The notes beneath the pieces were generated by a model that saw only the letters and a program-made list of their open reading frames with translations, made no database searches and had not been told where the DNA came from. The position numbers were made by a program, and so were the translations under genes. Positions 1-13,769 of a stretch of DNA of 64,000 nt are shown one piece after another. The stretch lies in the NCBI GenBank assembly GCA_030704615.1, contig CM060731.1, positions 54,560,001 to 54,624,000 of the forward strand. The letters are read 5' to 3'. This DNA is from Takakia lepidozioides. Its lineage: Eukaryota > Plantae > Bryophyta. The first letter of the stretch is position 1; each line of letters opens with the position of its first letter.

Positions 1-578
1 GACCTTGTGGTGGGAGTCGTGGGGAGTCTTGGGACTCATCACAGTCCAATGGGACCGTGGTGGGTGGGCCAAGACTCACCGCGACTCATCACCGGGAATC
101 GAGGGTTTTCGTGGTAGTTCGCCATAAAATGGCATGGTTGTTTGTGAAACCCCCGCGGACAGTCACAGAAGTATATATAGGGAGTAGTAATCTCGAGAAC
201 GGTGCAAGCCCGTTGGTGCCCAAAAACTAATGAGTAAGCGTGCGAGCCGGAAAGCGACCAAGGTGTGGGGAGCTATTCCGGACTGCCATCGACCAAAGGG
301 AATTTCCACTAGGCCCAAATTGGGAGAGGGTCTTGTGGAGGAGTAAAAGGGGACCGTTATGTCCCGGTGAGCAACCGAAGCTCCGAGTTGGCCCGGCGGC
401 CAGTTAGGGAGTTAGGTGCGCGCATCAAAGCGAGTAACTATGACTTGAAGGGGAGCTTATCGAAGTGAGGTGCACGACACAGATCATATGGAATACTGTG
501 GAGACTAATGAATCAATCGAAAATGTACATATATTAAAGACTTCACCATCTAGATTTGTAGTTGTATACCTTCCTACA
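1..578 (+). mobile_element. Partial LTR (3' part, runs off window start) of the chromovirus-type Ty3/gypsy family also present at 59453-61326
   Basis: About 11-480 is the reverse-complement homolog of about 59740-60206 (e.g. GTGGGAGTCGTGGGGAGTCTTGGGACTCATCAC and the TATA-like AGAAGTATATATAGGGAGTAGTAA). It ends ...TATACCTTCCTACA at 578, like the ...TATACCTCCTACA end at 59453. Confidence 0.8.
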
Positions 579-1178
579 CCCAACTTGACTGGCTTATGGC
601 CTGTGGACCACTGAGATCTAGCTATGAAACACTTACCAGACGAGAAATAACCTCAATTCGCATTGCTTATATATTGCTATCCAAACGTGATCAGGCCTTA
701 TCTTGTTCAAAGGCGAAGTATATCAAAGTCACTTGGAACCCACATTTGAATTTAGCAGTTAGAGATACATACTTTATTTTATATTTAATTGATGCATTCC
801 TGCATTCAAGCACTTTACATCTCTGATTTGTTCATCGGTCTGATGGGAACAGATTTCACCACCACAACATGCATTAAGTCCCTGCCTATTGAAGAGCTTT
901 TAAAGGAGAAATTCAGATTGGAGAGAGGAGAAGGACATGAAAGATATTGGAGCGAAGACGACTGGTAGAAGGTAACTCAGATCCGCTTTCAGATGGGAGC
1001 TTACGGTCTGTGAGAAGACGGGCGCGAGGAAGGAGGTAGAACGAGGGAGTGTTGGAATTTTATTTTCCATATGCTGCCCTGCGTGGTTAAAGTTAGTTGT
1101 GGGGGTGGGTAGGGGTTATCTCGTCGGACAAATACTGGGGGGTAGTTAGTGATGATTAGCGCTGACTAACTTTAACAG

Positions 1179-1261
1179 TGGCTAAATCGTCCAGTGCGGC
1201 ATACATAAACTTAGCCATGGCTAAACCTGACTTAGCCATGGCTAAATCGTCCGGTGCCTTA
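1179..1261. repeat. Cluster of palindromes and direct repeats, possible end of a decayed PIF/Harbinger-like element
   Basis: Two copies of the 14-bp palindrome TTAGCCATGGCTAA and two copies of GGCTAAATCGTCC(A/G)GTGC. Ends ...GGTGCC followed by TTA. No convincing partner end found. Confidence 0.35.
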
Positions 1262-4200
1262 GTGAGAGAGATAGCTGGCCAGCACTACAGCCCTTAGGCT
1301 AGCTAATAATTCCACGTCTGTCTCCACGGCTAGTTCCACCCTGGCTTGAGTTTCACAGTGCTGACATGGCATTCTCCAATACAGGCATGGAGGACTGACT
1401 TGAGAAATGGACCTGAGAAGAGTAGACGAGAGTGCAGAGAGGTTGGAAAGCTGGTCAGTGTTCACTACTTTTGGCGCATCACAACTTGTGACTGTGCGGG
1501 AGAGTTGATTTGAATATAAGTCCAGGAGGAGGGGCAGTGACAGGATTAGCGTGGATTCATCACCTTGTACGCTACTCGCTTTCCTCCCTGCATTATGCAT
1601 ACGCCTTGAAAGGGCACACATCCCAACCAAACCAAACCGAGTAACGTCCACTGTACGAGGGGACCATTTCATTACTCTCTCTTGCTTTTACTCGCACCCA
1701 GGGACTCAAGGGATGTGTCAGTGCCCAGATCTAGTTTGTTTTGGCTAAGTTAGGCCCCATGGCTTCATCACTTTCAATTCCCACGCCCCCTGGCAAAGCA
1801 GAGTTCTGACTTCTGACCATTGCGGACCAGATGTCCTTCAGTCCACATATGAACGTTACGTTCGCCGGTAAGTATTCTAACGCGGTTCTCCAGACTTTGG
1901 CCAACAATCACGTACAATATTTAGTACAAGCAATTGGTCCCTGGATGACATGTGCATTTTGATCTGTAAATTTTCTGTTCTGTCTGCTCATTGCGAGGAA
2001 TTCTACTGTCTACAGTGTATAGGGCATAGGGCACACAGATGCCAAAAGATGAACAAATGTGAAAATCACAACCTGGGAGACAGCGATAAAATTCTTTCTT
2101 TAATCACATAGTATTGAAAGACTTCATCTTCTATGGATGGGATATCTAAACGCACCCAATGAGCTGAAAGCGAGAATTCTGGGCATACGAAGAAAGAAGA
2201 CAAGACTAACTACGAGTCCAAATTTGGGGCATCTTCCACCCCTGGTTAGGGAACAGTGAGCTTTGATAGCTTTGATAACAGGGTAGAAAAAGGTTGATGC
2301 AATAAAGGTGGAGAGGTGGGCACATTTCCCACAGTCAATGGATGGATAATTTGTTGAGAGGCCACGAGCCCCGGTGTGAGTATGGTATGGGCGTGTGGGC
2401 TTTCTCAGGTGCAATAATACAAAGAGACGATGAAGGGGTGGTGGACCCTTGTGGAGGGGAGCTTAAAGGCGCCGTCGCACTCTGCCGAGTATTATTGAAT
2501 GTTACAATATAATATCGGATGAATGAACTGTTTTCTCGATGGAGCCAGCTAGTGCGCACAGTCTGTCGCTTGCAGACGAGCAGGCCTGCATCCCATACCC
2601 GCAGGTAGAGGGCTCTTGTAAACACTTGGACCAACAACAACCGTGAGAAAAGAAAAGAGAACAGAGATGATTACTTAGCACACTGAAGGCTTCCACAGGG
2701 TTACAAGTTAGAACGTTGTTAAGAACTTACAACTCCAGCGTATGGCGATTGTCAACTTTGATCTCCCGACAAGCATGAGAACAGAAAATAGAATAGTGTA
2801 GCGCTGATTAGCGTAAATTGTAAATTCTTTATGAAAACAAAATTTTTAATTGCATGCCAGATGTTAAAGTTCAAAACTTAAAGTTTGTTGGCTCTCTTGT
2901 AGAGAGAGACTACGCATCATGTTGATATCAACGGAGGTCAAAGGATCTTACCCCGTGTCAAGGCTCCGATTGGTGTGTGGTGCTGAGTCATGCTCCATAG
3001 TCTTCAGTTCGCAGCGCCAGAGCCAGGGGCCAATGGAGGGGTGAAGGCACATGTGGAAGGATGGAACCGAGGAGCATCAGAAGGAGACTGGTGAATATAT
3101 ATTATTGATGAGATGGGCTGCCGATTGACAGTTGTAGCGTGACGCAAGACCCAACATTCACATATGCCAAAATTTGGGTCCAACTATAGCAGTTGACTGG
3201 CGACGATCATGGCGTGTGTCAGTACGCCGCCAGGTGATGGCCATCGCTTGATTGGCGGATGGAAACTTGAATGTTTCATGTCGAACTCCAATCAATGTTT
3301 GTGGGTTAAGTATACAAAATGACAATTGTAGCTTTCTGAATCACGCCTCAGGAATCTCAGAGCTCCAAGTTCACGTCCAAGCGTAAGGTAAGAATGACGG
3401 CGCACACCCTTCAATTTACTTAAAACAGATCACAGTATGCACAATACGGAGTTTCAAGCTGGGCTTTGAGGAAACGGTTGTACAAGTTCTAACTTGTGGG
3501 CCATGCACTTAACATGCAGAGACGTATGAAAAATAGTGAGAACTGCACTCCCAAGAGGGCCCACGAATTGAAGAGATGCCCGCAGTTCCAAAATGTTCAA
3601 CTGGACAGGGAGGCAAAGTACAGATCAGTTGATTATGAGCTGATGCAGCCAACCACCCAAGCTATCACCTCCAGTAGGCTACACGACCATGGGACTACCT
3701 ATTCTGGAGGCCAAAAAGGCTCTCTCCAACCAACGTGGAGGCCAGGCTACAGCAACTTGTAGGAGTCTCCACTCAAGATTTGCCAGTTGAAAGACCTCGG
3801 ATTGTTAACTTGTTATCATAAAGTGTACTTACCCGCCAACGAAACCAAACTATTTCAAGCAGCCACGATTCACGGTGGTGAGTCGCTCCTCCTCAACGTG
3901 TCACTGCTCTTCCCAGTTCCTGTCCGACGGTGCTGTCAGATCCCAACGGAGGTCGAACATTTCACGATCGACCGGCGTGGCTTGGAGAGATGGAGATGAT
4001 GGTCAAGTAGAGGCTGCCAGTTCCAGTACTCACTGGTTGCTAAGTATAGGCCTCGCCTGCATCATCGTATCAACGACCTTGTTACTACATAATACCGTCT
4101 GCAAAATTGATCATAATTCCCAAATAGCCCCCGACAGATTAGTACGGCACAGTATTGTCCAAAAACGGCAGTGATCGTATTTAGAAATTTATCATTCATG

Positions 4201-5705
4201 GTGAGCCCTGAGCCTATCATTTCAACATATTTTTACTTGTACATGGTGTTTCCGAGTTAGTAGGCCTAACGTGCTCCATCACTCACCGACCAGCCTCTTC
4301 TTCAACCCTCTTCATCTGCCCGGACATTTCTGGCCCCTGGGCAGATTTGCACGGGGTTTGTCAAAAATCAGTCCATGGGGCAGCCCTCCAGTACCTCTGC
4401 ATTGCAGGATTTGGGAAACAGAATACAAAGTGCATTTTTTGGAAAGTGATTCATGGAATTTGAAGTCCATGATCGAAATTACAATCAGACCACCTGATTG
4501 TTTTTTTTCACAACTTGGCCGGTGCCACTTAAATCATATTGATAAAGGGGAATAGATAAAACACACAGAATATTGAGAAGGAGTCACAATATGAAATGAC
4601 GGAAACATGAAGACCACAACCCTCTCTGGACCTCAATTCATGACTTTCCTAGTCATCCGTCCATGCCCTTACATGAGGGCCCAAGTTCAGTGTTTAGGCC
4701 TAACTGTAAGCCCGAACGAGGGGCCAAAACCTAAAACAAGATCCTGGCGTTTGCCCTCGCATGCTCTGCTCTGCCCCGCCTTCTGCTCATTTCAACACGG
4801 ACCAAACACCTCGTCTCAAACTCTAGCAACTCTCAAACTGACCCCAGAGTGTGCTTACAAATGGTGGATTAGTAGCGATCTTGTCATTGGCATGGCTAGG
4901 GCCCAACACTATAAGTCTCGGCTACGTCAGCGCCAAGTAGGATTACAATCGCATTGGCCCTTTGACAGCTTTCGAACTTGTGAGTTTCTGCTGCAAGAGC
5001 TTCAATGCCTACTTGCGCTTTCTGTTCCATACTGTTGACTTTATCCACCTCACTGCGGCTTTCAATCACCTGCACACTAGTGCTCTCTGTCGAGCAGCGA
5101 GCTTTGCAAACCATCCTCTGCGCAGGTAGGTATCTCCAGACTGGCGGCCACAAAGATACCCTCTATAATGTCCTCTCGCTCTCAGGCACCTCATCGCCTC
5201 TCTCTCGTCCCCCTTTTGCCATCAAAGTGCCAAGCAAGTGCAAGCGTCCTCCCTGCTTCAAACTTCAAAGCTGACAGCCCAAAACCGTTGGAGTCAAAAG
5301 CCGGTCAAGCGCAGCCTGCAGCCGCGGCAAGCAACCGCGACATGTGCCCGCCCTGCCCCCCCCTCCCTTTCTTATTCCCCCCTCCTGCACCCGGGCCCGC
5401 ATCAAATCGCGTTCCGCGATTCGGGCGACCCGCCCCAGGTGCTTCGCCTTTTACTTTACCGCTCACTGCCAGATGACCCACTTTTACCGCTGACCCGCTG
5501 TTTCACCGACAAGAGATGGGGCCAGCCCCACGCTCCACGGCTTGTCACCCTCTGTCCTCTTCTGTTAGCCTAACCGACCCTCCCTTAACCGCCTGCGGTT
5601 GTCCTGCCCGGTTGGACATCTCTTAAGGAAGAGGAGAGGCGAGTAATAGTAGTAACAATGTAATTTCAGACCAATAATGATGTGTCAAATATCCCGACGA
5701 GGCAG

Positions 5706-5731
5706 ATAATAATAATAATAATAATAATAAT
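5706..5731. repeat. (ATA)n microsatellite
   Basis: Direct reading of the sequence. Confidence 0.95.
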
Positions 5732-6441
5732 CCGGGGTGATGGGGCATTGGAGAGTGTGCCATTAAATAGGGGATGGATGTGGCAGGCAGCAGGAATTGA
5801 TGGACAGCGCGTGGTAAGAGGGCACGAGAGGGTTCGAACCCGCGGCTGCAGGCACGGGTTCCGTGAGACAGGCCGGGCGGCGGGGCACAGTTGTCGAGGG
5901 ATGGATCTCGCACATTCGGCGCCACGCCATCCATCCATCCGCCCATCCATCCAGTGCACTTTACTGTCCGTCGCTCGTGCGGCTGCAGTGCACGCCTCAA
6001 CCCGCCGTTTCGGCCGACCCGGTCACCGCATTGAAGGACCCTATCCCCGTCGCCCCCCTCACGTCCTCGTCCACGTCCTCGCCCCCTCAGCGTCTCGTCC
6101 GTATTCTGTCCGTCCCGTCCTGTCAACGTCCAAGATCTTGGCACAAAAAGTTCTAGGAAGGTAGGTGGGTAAGTGTGGAGACAGTGAACTCGGGATTAGT
6201 GAGGCGCGCAGATGCAGGTTAGTAGTTAGTGGGTGGGTTAGAGGGGCGGGTAGTTGCTGGGGCCCATGGGCTGGTGGGGTTTGAGTGGGGGCATTTATGA
6301 AGCTCCACTCCCACTTACACAACCTCGCTTACTTTACACTAAGTTATTCATAAACAATTGCGCACCTTCAACTAGTCACTCTGACTCCACCATTTGGAGA
6401 TTCCGTCCTGACGTCGTTGTTGCATCCCTCACTTCCTCGCT

Positions 6442-6970
6442 TTCTTACTCGCTTCCTTCTTTGTTGTGTTGAGCAGTAGGCTCTGTAAATTCAATGGACG
6501 TTAAAGAATCTTTATCTTTATCTTTATCTTATCTTTGTTGGATAATTTTCTTACTCGCTTCCTTCTTTGTTGTGTTTAGCTGTAGGCTCTGTAAATTCAC
6601 TGGACGTTAAAGAATCTTTATCTTTATCTTTATCCTATCTTTGTTGGATAATTTTCTTACTCGCTTCCTTCTTTGTTGTGTTGAGCAGTAGGCTCTGTAA
6701 ATTCACTGGACGTTAAAGAATCTTTATCTTTATCTTTATCTTATCTTTGTTGGATAATTTTCTTACTCGCTTCCTTCTTTGTTGTGTTGAGCAGTAGGCT
6801 CTGTAAATTCACTGGACGTTAAAGAATCTTTATCTTTATCTTTATCTTATCTTTGTTGGATAATTTTCTCACTCGCTTCCTTCTTTGTTGGATAATTCTC
6901 TTACTCGCTTCTTTCTTTGTTGGATAATTTTCTTACTCGCTTCCTTCTTTGTCGGATAATTTTCTTACTC
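6442..6970. repeat. Tandem repeat: 4 x ~106 bp followed by ~3 x 32 bp, upstream of the EMS1-like gene
   Basis: Unit TTCTTACTCGCTTCCTTCTTTGTTGTGTTGAGCAGTAGGCTCTGTAAATTCA...TTATCTTTGTTGGATAATT recurs at ~6442, 6548, 6654 and 6760. Short units TTCTTACTCGCTTCCTTCTTTGTTGGATAATT follow. Confidence 0.95.
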
Positions 6971-7262
6971 CTCCTTTTAGGCTGTCAGGCCCGAAATCAA
7001 AGCGAGGAAAAAATAAGATATACATGCAGCAGTTGCTTGCTGGCATGTTTGCTTGTGTGGGGCCGGGGATAGTGACAAGGGAAGGGAGGGTAGCAGCGAC
7101 ATAAGAGTAGCGCAGAGGGTCGGACAGAAAACATGATTAATGTATACTATATTGCGGCTCACACTCCTGATTATGGTAACCATGATTAGTGATTGTGGTA
7201 ACCATGATTAGGGATGATTGCGGTGTGGGGTTATTATTGTAGTGAGCCGGGAAGGTGCTGCG

Positions 7263-7289
7263 ATTATTATTATTATTATTATTGTTATT
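7263..7289. repeat. (ATT)n microsatellite
   Basis: Direct reading. Confidence 0.9.
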
Positions 7290-7607
7290 CGATGGGATGC
7301 TGTTTGGTTGGCTGTGAGAGAAAAGGCTGGGGGTCATAATGAGGGCGGCAACAGAGCGGGGTAAAAGGGTGAGGAGTCAAAAGGAGGTGCATGTAGGTAA
7401 AAGAATAGCAGGATTCGTTGGGTTAGTAAGTTAGTAAGTTAGAAAGTAGTACGAGGGTGCAGAGGAAATAGAAGGAAGGGTGGCAGAGGGTGATATCGAC
7501 ATGGCGACTGCGGATTTGAAGCCTGCTTTTCAAACTGAGCAGAGCGGCAGGCACCCCACTGGGGCTGCAGTAGTGCAGTGCAGGTCAAGTCGAGTGATAA
7601 GCTGCGC

Positions 7608-7631
7608 GAGAGAGAGAGAGAGAGAGAGAGA
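7608..7631. repeat. (GA)n microsatellite in the presumed 5' UTR of the EMS1-like gene
   Basis: Direct reading; about 45 bp upstream of the ATG at 7677. Confidence 0.9.
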
Positions 7632-7676
7632 AGGAAGGGGATTAGTGGTAGAGCTACACATGCATGTGTGAGTGAG

Positions 7677-10600
7677 ATGATGATGGTTCCTAGGATGAGG
7701 AGGCCGTGTGCTAGGGTCGTCTGGCACGTCCCAGTGCTGCTCTTGTTCTTGTGTTGTGGGGGTTTGTGGGGTAGTGTGAGAGGGCAGCTGAGCTCAGATA
7801 TGGCAGCCTTGTTGGCCTTCAAGAAGGAGCTAACAGGGCTGAGCCAGGGAGCTGATCCGCTTTCGAATTGGCTCGCGACCGATGGCTCACCTTGCAACTG
7901 GACGGGAGTGGGTTGCGATGTTTCCAGTAGAGTGGTAAACATTTCTATTTATGGCCAGGGAATCTCAGGCTCGATCTCTTCCCAGTTGGCGTCCTTGTCT
8001 AGTTTGCAATATGTGGACCTGAGTGGCAACGCTCTCACTGGTAGCATTCCCGCGGAGTTTGGAAACCTTGTCAACCTGCAGCATCTTGACCTCAACTCAA
8101 ACTATTTTCTCTCTGGCACCATACCTCTGCAGTTATTTACCCTGAACAATCTGCAGTACCTTGATTTGAGTTACAACATCCTTTCGGGAAGCATTTCTAC
8201 TGACCTAGGTAGGCTAGTGAACTTGGAGACGCTGATCTTAGCCGGCAACTCTTTCACAGGAACCATTCCCCCGCAAATAGGAAGTCTCCTTAAGTTAGGA
8301 TATCTTGATCTAACTGGTAACTGTTTCTCCGGCATCGTGCCACCGCAGTTTGAGCACTTAGTGAACCTGCAGTTTGTCGCTCTTAGTAGCAATTCTCTCT
8401 CTGGTGCCCTCCCACAACTTCAAGCCATGACACACCTCTACCAAATTGATTTCAGTAGCAATTTCTTCTCTGGGTTTATCTCTCCGCTCCTGGCCACTCT
8501 CTCCGGTGTGCTCTATCTGGACCTAAGCAACAACTCTTTGTCGGGCCCCATACCCATAGAGATTTGGAGTATGACAGCATTGACGGAGCTTGACCTCGGG
8601 AACAATGCCTTGACGGGTAGTATTCCTAAGGACGTGGGTAATCTGGTAAACATAAGGAGTTTGTTTCTTGGGAGCAGTCGGTTGACTGGGCCCATCCCTC
8701 CAGAGCTATCCAAGTGTAGCAGTTTGCAGAAGCTAGATCTTGGTGGTAATTTCTTTTCAGGCACCGTTCCAGATTCACTCGGCGATCTGAAAAATCTGAT
8801 AACTCTGAATCTGCCAAGCGTGCAAGTGAACGGCTCCATTCCTGCCTCCCTCGGCAACTGCAGCAACTTGGAGGTTAGTAAGTCTCTAGTTCTATGAACG
8901 TCCTTCCTGGAAAGATAGAGTCGTGTGAGAGATAGCTGTGGCCCGTTCTCTGCAAATATTCGGCATGGTTCAACTTACAATCTAAATGTCGTTCGAGACA
9001 CCCTGTATATCTTTCTATTGCCATGTGCGGGTTGAATATATAGTAGGCTCCAATTTGTCTAGTTATAAGTAAGAGCTCGTGCAGGTGATCAGGACCAAGC
9101 GCTTTCTCCTTTGACGTGTTTCCAGGCTCCCTACATAATTTATCTGATCACCATGTGGCTACTAAGTATTGTCAAAATCAGGCTACTAGTTTTCTTCCCT
9201 CGCTCTACGTCATAACAACGAATGTGAGAAGCTAGGTATGCCAGTGTCAAAGTTATGGCTGAACATTGAGGTCATCTATAATTTGTCATGGTTCTGTGTG
9301 CCCGTACATCGTTGACTGCGGTGAATGTCTCTAGCACCTCCTTTGTTGACATTTGTTAACTCTTTTGAGATAGTCCTCCAGGCCCAGAAGGGAAACTTCT
9401 CGTTACTGTACTGTAGTGTTGCGAGCAAGTGAGCCACGAAACCAGTGGTGGAACTTTCCAAGTACGCCAGAGATGTGGTCGTTACAAGGGCCAGAAAATC
9501 TCTTGTGCACCGCTGCCCTCACAATAGCATGAGATCTCAACTTTCGTTTGTAACTGTTTTTCAATGGCAGGTACTTGATCTTGCATTCAATGCCCTGAGT
9601 GGTCCAATGCCACCCGAGCTGGCCGCGCTTAGAAACCTCATCTCCTTCTCAGTGGAGGGAAATTTGCTTTCGGGTCCTATACCTTCATGGCTCAGTAGCT
9701 GGCCACGCGTGGGCACACTTCTGCTATCAGTCAACCAGTTCACTGGCAGCATCCCTCCAGAGCTTGGCTACTGCCCACGACTAAAACTTCTGGCCCTCGA
9801 CAACAATCTGCTTTCCGGCTCCATTCCCCCAGAGATCTGTAATGCCATCTCTCTGGATACCTTGACAATCAACAAGAATCACCTCACTGGCAACTTGGCT
9901 GATACTTTTCAGAGGTGCACCAACTTGTCTCAGATAGACCTGACGTCAAATCACCTTTCCGGCCCTATTCCTTCATATCTAGCTGAGCTTCCCAACTTGC
10001 TGATCATTTCTCTTGGTGGAAACAATTTCTCTGGAAGTCTGCCAGATTCTTTATGGAACTCAAACACCTTACTGGAAATCCAGTTGGATAACAACAACCT
10101 GAGTGGGACTCTCTCTCCAGCGGTTGGAAATCTCTCCTCTCTCCAGTATCTGGTTCTCGACAGCAACAACATTGAGGGCCCCATTCCTGTGGAGATTGGG
10201 AAGCTTGCAAATCTGACGGTGCTTTCCATCCAAGGAAACAATTTGAGAGGGAATATTCCCGTCGAGATATGTAAGTGTGTCCGACTGACCACTCTCAATC
10301 TGGGAAACAACTCTCTAACCGGATCCATTCCACATCAGATTGGGGAGCTGATAAACCTCGACTACCTGGTGCTGTCGCACAACAGTCTCACTGGGGTGAT
10401 TCCTGGTGAGATCTCTGCTGACTTCCAGGTGGTTGCTGTTCCAGAGTCGAGCTTTCTGCAGCATCATGGTACTCTGGATCTTTCATGGAATCAGCTTTCA
10501 GGTACTATTCCACCAGAGATGGGCGACTGTGCGGTGCTGGTCGAGCTCCTACTGGCGGGTAACCAGCTCACAGGAGTTATTCCTCCACAGCTGGCCAGGC

Positions 10601-12501
10601 TTACTAATTTGACTACGCTGGACTTGTCTTGCAATGAGCTCAGTGGAACCATCCCTCCACAGCTGGGAGAGTCCAGCAAGCTGCAGGGGCTCAACTTGGC
10701 CTACAACAACTTGACAGGACCGATTCCACCAGAGTTGGGAGATGGTATGAGTCTGACTAAGCTCAATCTGTCAGGCAATCTGCTGTCAGGGTCCATCCCT
10801 GACAGACTGGGTAACTTGACAGGCCTGTCTCACTTGGACGTCAGTGGCAATGAACTAAGCGGAGAGATCCCCTCGTCTCTGTCGAACCTGGTCTCTGCTG
10901 TGGGCTTGAATTTACAGAAGAATCAGCTCACGGGGAGCATTGCCGCCCTTTTGTCTGAAAGTACAGTTTGGCATCAAATGCAATCTCTCAATCTGAGCCA
11001 CAATCTATTCTCTGGTGCCATCCCCAATGACATCGGGAATCTTTCGGGTCTCTCTTACCTGGATCTGGGAAGCAACCAATTCACAGGGTCAATCCCTGAC
11101 GAGTTGGCCGGTTTGGCGCAGCTGATATATCTGGACCTGTCCGAGAACCACCTCAGTGGAGATCTTCCACTGGATATCTGCGACCTCATGGATCTCACCT
11201 TTCTGAATGTCTCCAACAATCGAATAGTGGGACCCATTCCAGAAAGGGGCATTTGCCAGTCGTTCACTGCCTCCTCGTTCCTTGGAAATCCAGGTCTCTG
11301 TGGCAGTGTTGTTCATAGGGACTGCAGAGCATGGGGCTACACCGCTCCTAATGCTGCACTGAGCACTGGGGCTATTTTGGGTATCACTCTTGGAAGCACC
11401 ATTGCTCTTCTTAGTGTGGTGTTTGTGGGACTCAGATTGAGGATGCTCAGGCAAGGAATGGAGGCAAAGGATCTTGAGACGGCAAAGCTTAACATGTTGA
11501 TTGAACCCGGGGAGTGCATGACATTGAGCAAGATGAAGGAACCTTTAAGTATCAATGTGGCCATGTTTGAGCGACCCCTGCTGCGGCTGACCCTTGCAGA
11601 TGTTTTGCAAGCCACAAATGGCTTCTGCAAAACTAATATCATTGGAGACGGAGGATTTGGTACAGTCTACAAGGCTGTCCTCCCCGATGGAAGGATTGTG
11701 GCCGTCAAGAAACTTGGACAGGCCCGCTCTCAAGGCAATCGAGAGTTTCTTGCTGAGATGGAGACCTTGGGAAAGGTGAAGCACCGCAACCTTGTTCCTT
11801 TGTTGGGTTACTGTTCCTTTGGAGAGGAGAAGCTGTTGGTGTATGAGTATATGGTGAATGGAAGTCTTGATTTGTGGCTTCGTAACCGAGCTGACGCCCT
11901 GGAAGTCCTGGACTGGCCCAAGCGCCTCGGGATTGCCATGGGGTCCGCCCGGGGTCTTTGCTTCCTTCATCATGGTTTCATCCCCCACATCATCCACCGG
12001 GACATGAAAGCAAGCAATATTCTCTTGGATGCAAATTTCGAGCCTCGGGTGGCAGACTTTGGGCTGGCCCGCCTCATCAGTGCCTACGACACCCATGTCA
12101 GCACAGACATTGCAGGCACATTCGGCTACATCCCTCCTGAATACGGGCAGAGCTGGCGATCCACCACCAGAGGCGATGTGTATAGCTTTGGGGTGATCTT
12201 GCTGGAGCTTCTAACTGGCAAGGAGCCGACTGGAGCGGACTTCAAGGATATCGAAGGTGGCAACCTGGTCGGGTGGGTGCGCCAGATGATAAAGAAAGGC
12301 GAGGCCCCTGAGGCTCTTGATCCCGAGGTTTCCAATGGGCCGTGGAGGATCAAGATGCTGAAAGTGCTGCACATCGCCAACTTGTGTACATCTGAGGACC
12401 CAGTGAGGCGACCCACTATGCTTCAGGTGGTCAAGTTTCTCAAGGACGTTGAGGAATCTCCACAGCTTCCCAATCTCGACCAAAAGAGCTCTCCTCTTTA
12501 A
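7677..12501 (+). CDS. EMS1: LRR receptor-like kinase, EMS1/EXS-like (LRR-X); exons 7677-8873 and 9571-12501, ~1375 aa
   Basis: Signal peptide, LRR N-cap (PCNWTGVGC), many plant LRRs, EMS1-type island (PESSFLQHHGTLDLSWNQL) and a TM helix. Juxtamembrane KEPLSINVAMFERPLLRLTL precedes a complete RD kinase (GDGGFG, VAVKKL, HRDMKASN, DFG, GYIPPE). A phase-0 intron GAG|GTTAGT...TGGCAG|GTA joins the two ORFs in frame. Confidence 0.92.
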
Positions 12502-13769
12502 CTTTGGTGCGTGTCTCCCAGACCTACTTTGATGTCCGCTTCGAGAACAGAATGGATAGCTCTTGTTTGCTTCCATTTGCAAGTCTCTCAAATCTCTCAT
12601 GGGTTGCTCAATTGTCTTGAACTTGCAGCTTCAGGATGTGAACTTTTGGCCAGTGTGTGCTGCAAGTCTAATAGGATTGAATTGCTTTTTCTTCCTTCAC
12701 AGTAACACAGGAGTTCACACAACCTGGTTGATCAGTTCTGCTCGGCTGCATCTTACTAAAACATACCTATGTGCTTAGCACTCAAGTCAGGCAAGAAGTT
12801 ACCTACTGCTGCCATTCGATGCAAGCTTGGGGTTGGACGGAGACCATGGATATGGAGCTCCATGATTATGGTATTCTCATCAGAACCTCAACCTGAGTAA
12901 CCTCGAAATGTTCTGTTCAATGATTGTTAATGTGTCGCGAGGCTGTCATTGTTAGAAGCCTCCACTTGGTTTATAATATGTACAGGTTGTGTATGTGTTT
13001 TTATGCTCAAGATGTCTACTGTCAGAACTAGAAAGGGTATGGTGCTTTTCCACTCTCCAGATACTACATGACCTGAATTGCTGTGAGATTTTTTTATGTG
13101 TCCCTCCTAAATTTTGCAGTATATTTTACTACGGGTTTTCATTTTGGTCCTGTGTTTTCTTCGTGAAGGAAATTTTCCAAGGCTTGGGATCTTCAGAAGC
13201 TCAAAGATTGTTCATCGACACGTGGTACTCTTACTGTGAGGCGAGCTCCAGCCTCAGGCAGGAAGCGTCCACTTCCAGATGTTAGATATCAATACAGCAG
13301 TACATTATGTACATATACAAATGTAACTACGTTAGGACTTCAGAAGTGTAGGACAATGAAGGGAAATGGAAAGGCACTTGAAGATTGCTTCCACAAAGTG
13401 CCATACCCTGCAGTGATTTACATTTGTTTCCATCTCTATATGTGAGACCATTGAATGTGCAGATGGAAAGCTATCAATGCACACAATAAAACTGTCCATT
13501 CTTTGCAAGTCCCCTGTGTTTCACATTCGCTGTTTCCTTGCTTCCCAGATTGTGAGAGCACTCAATTGAAGCCCACAAATTCCCTATTGCATAAAAGCTT
13601 GCCGCACAAGTTGGGATGCTTGTACCTCCTTCTCAATTTCAGGAAATTGTGTTGTCAGTGTTTTCCTATTGTTATGTACTTACTGTTTATGCTTGAGAAG
13701 CAGATCGGTAAAGTCTCAGTTGGGATTCCTCAAGAATTACTATTCTGTGCCATGGATCTGCTATGAAAA

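Noticed and set aside
1259-1672. ORF with LRR-like LDLYSNQLS
   Set aside because: Single weak motif with no repeat periodicity.
1800-5200. Short ORFs and possible decayed TE or kelch-like fragments
   Set aside because: No motif could be supported by eye.
5540-5625. hAT-like terminus (AAGAGATGTCCAACCGG on minus)
   Set aside because: No partner end or TSD found.
7578-7676. N-terminal extension of the EMS1-like ORF from a GTG start
   Set aside because: It runs through a GA microsatellite; the ATG at 7677 directly precedes the signal peptide.
8171-12600. Antisense ORFs over the EMS1-like gene, and similar shadow ORFs over LPR and pol
   Set aside because: By-products of codon structure on the coding strand; no independent motifs.
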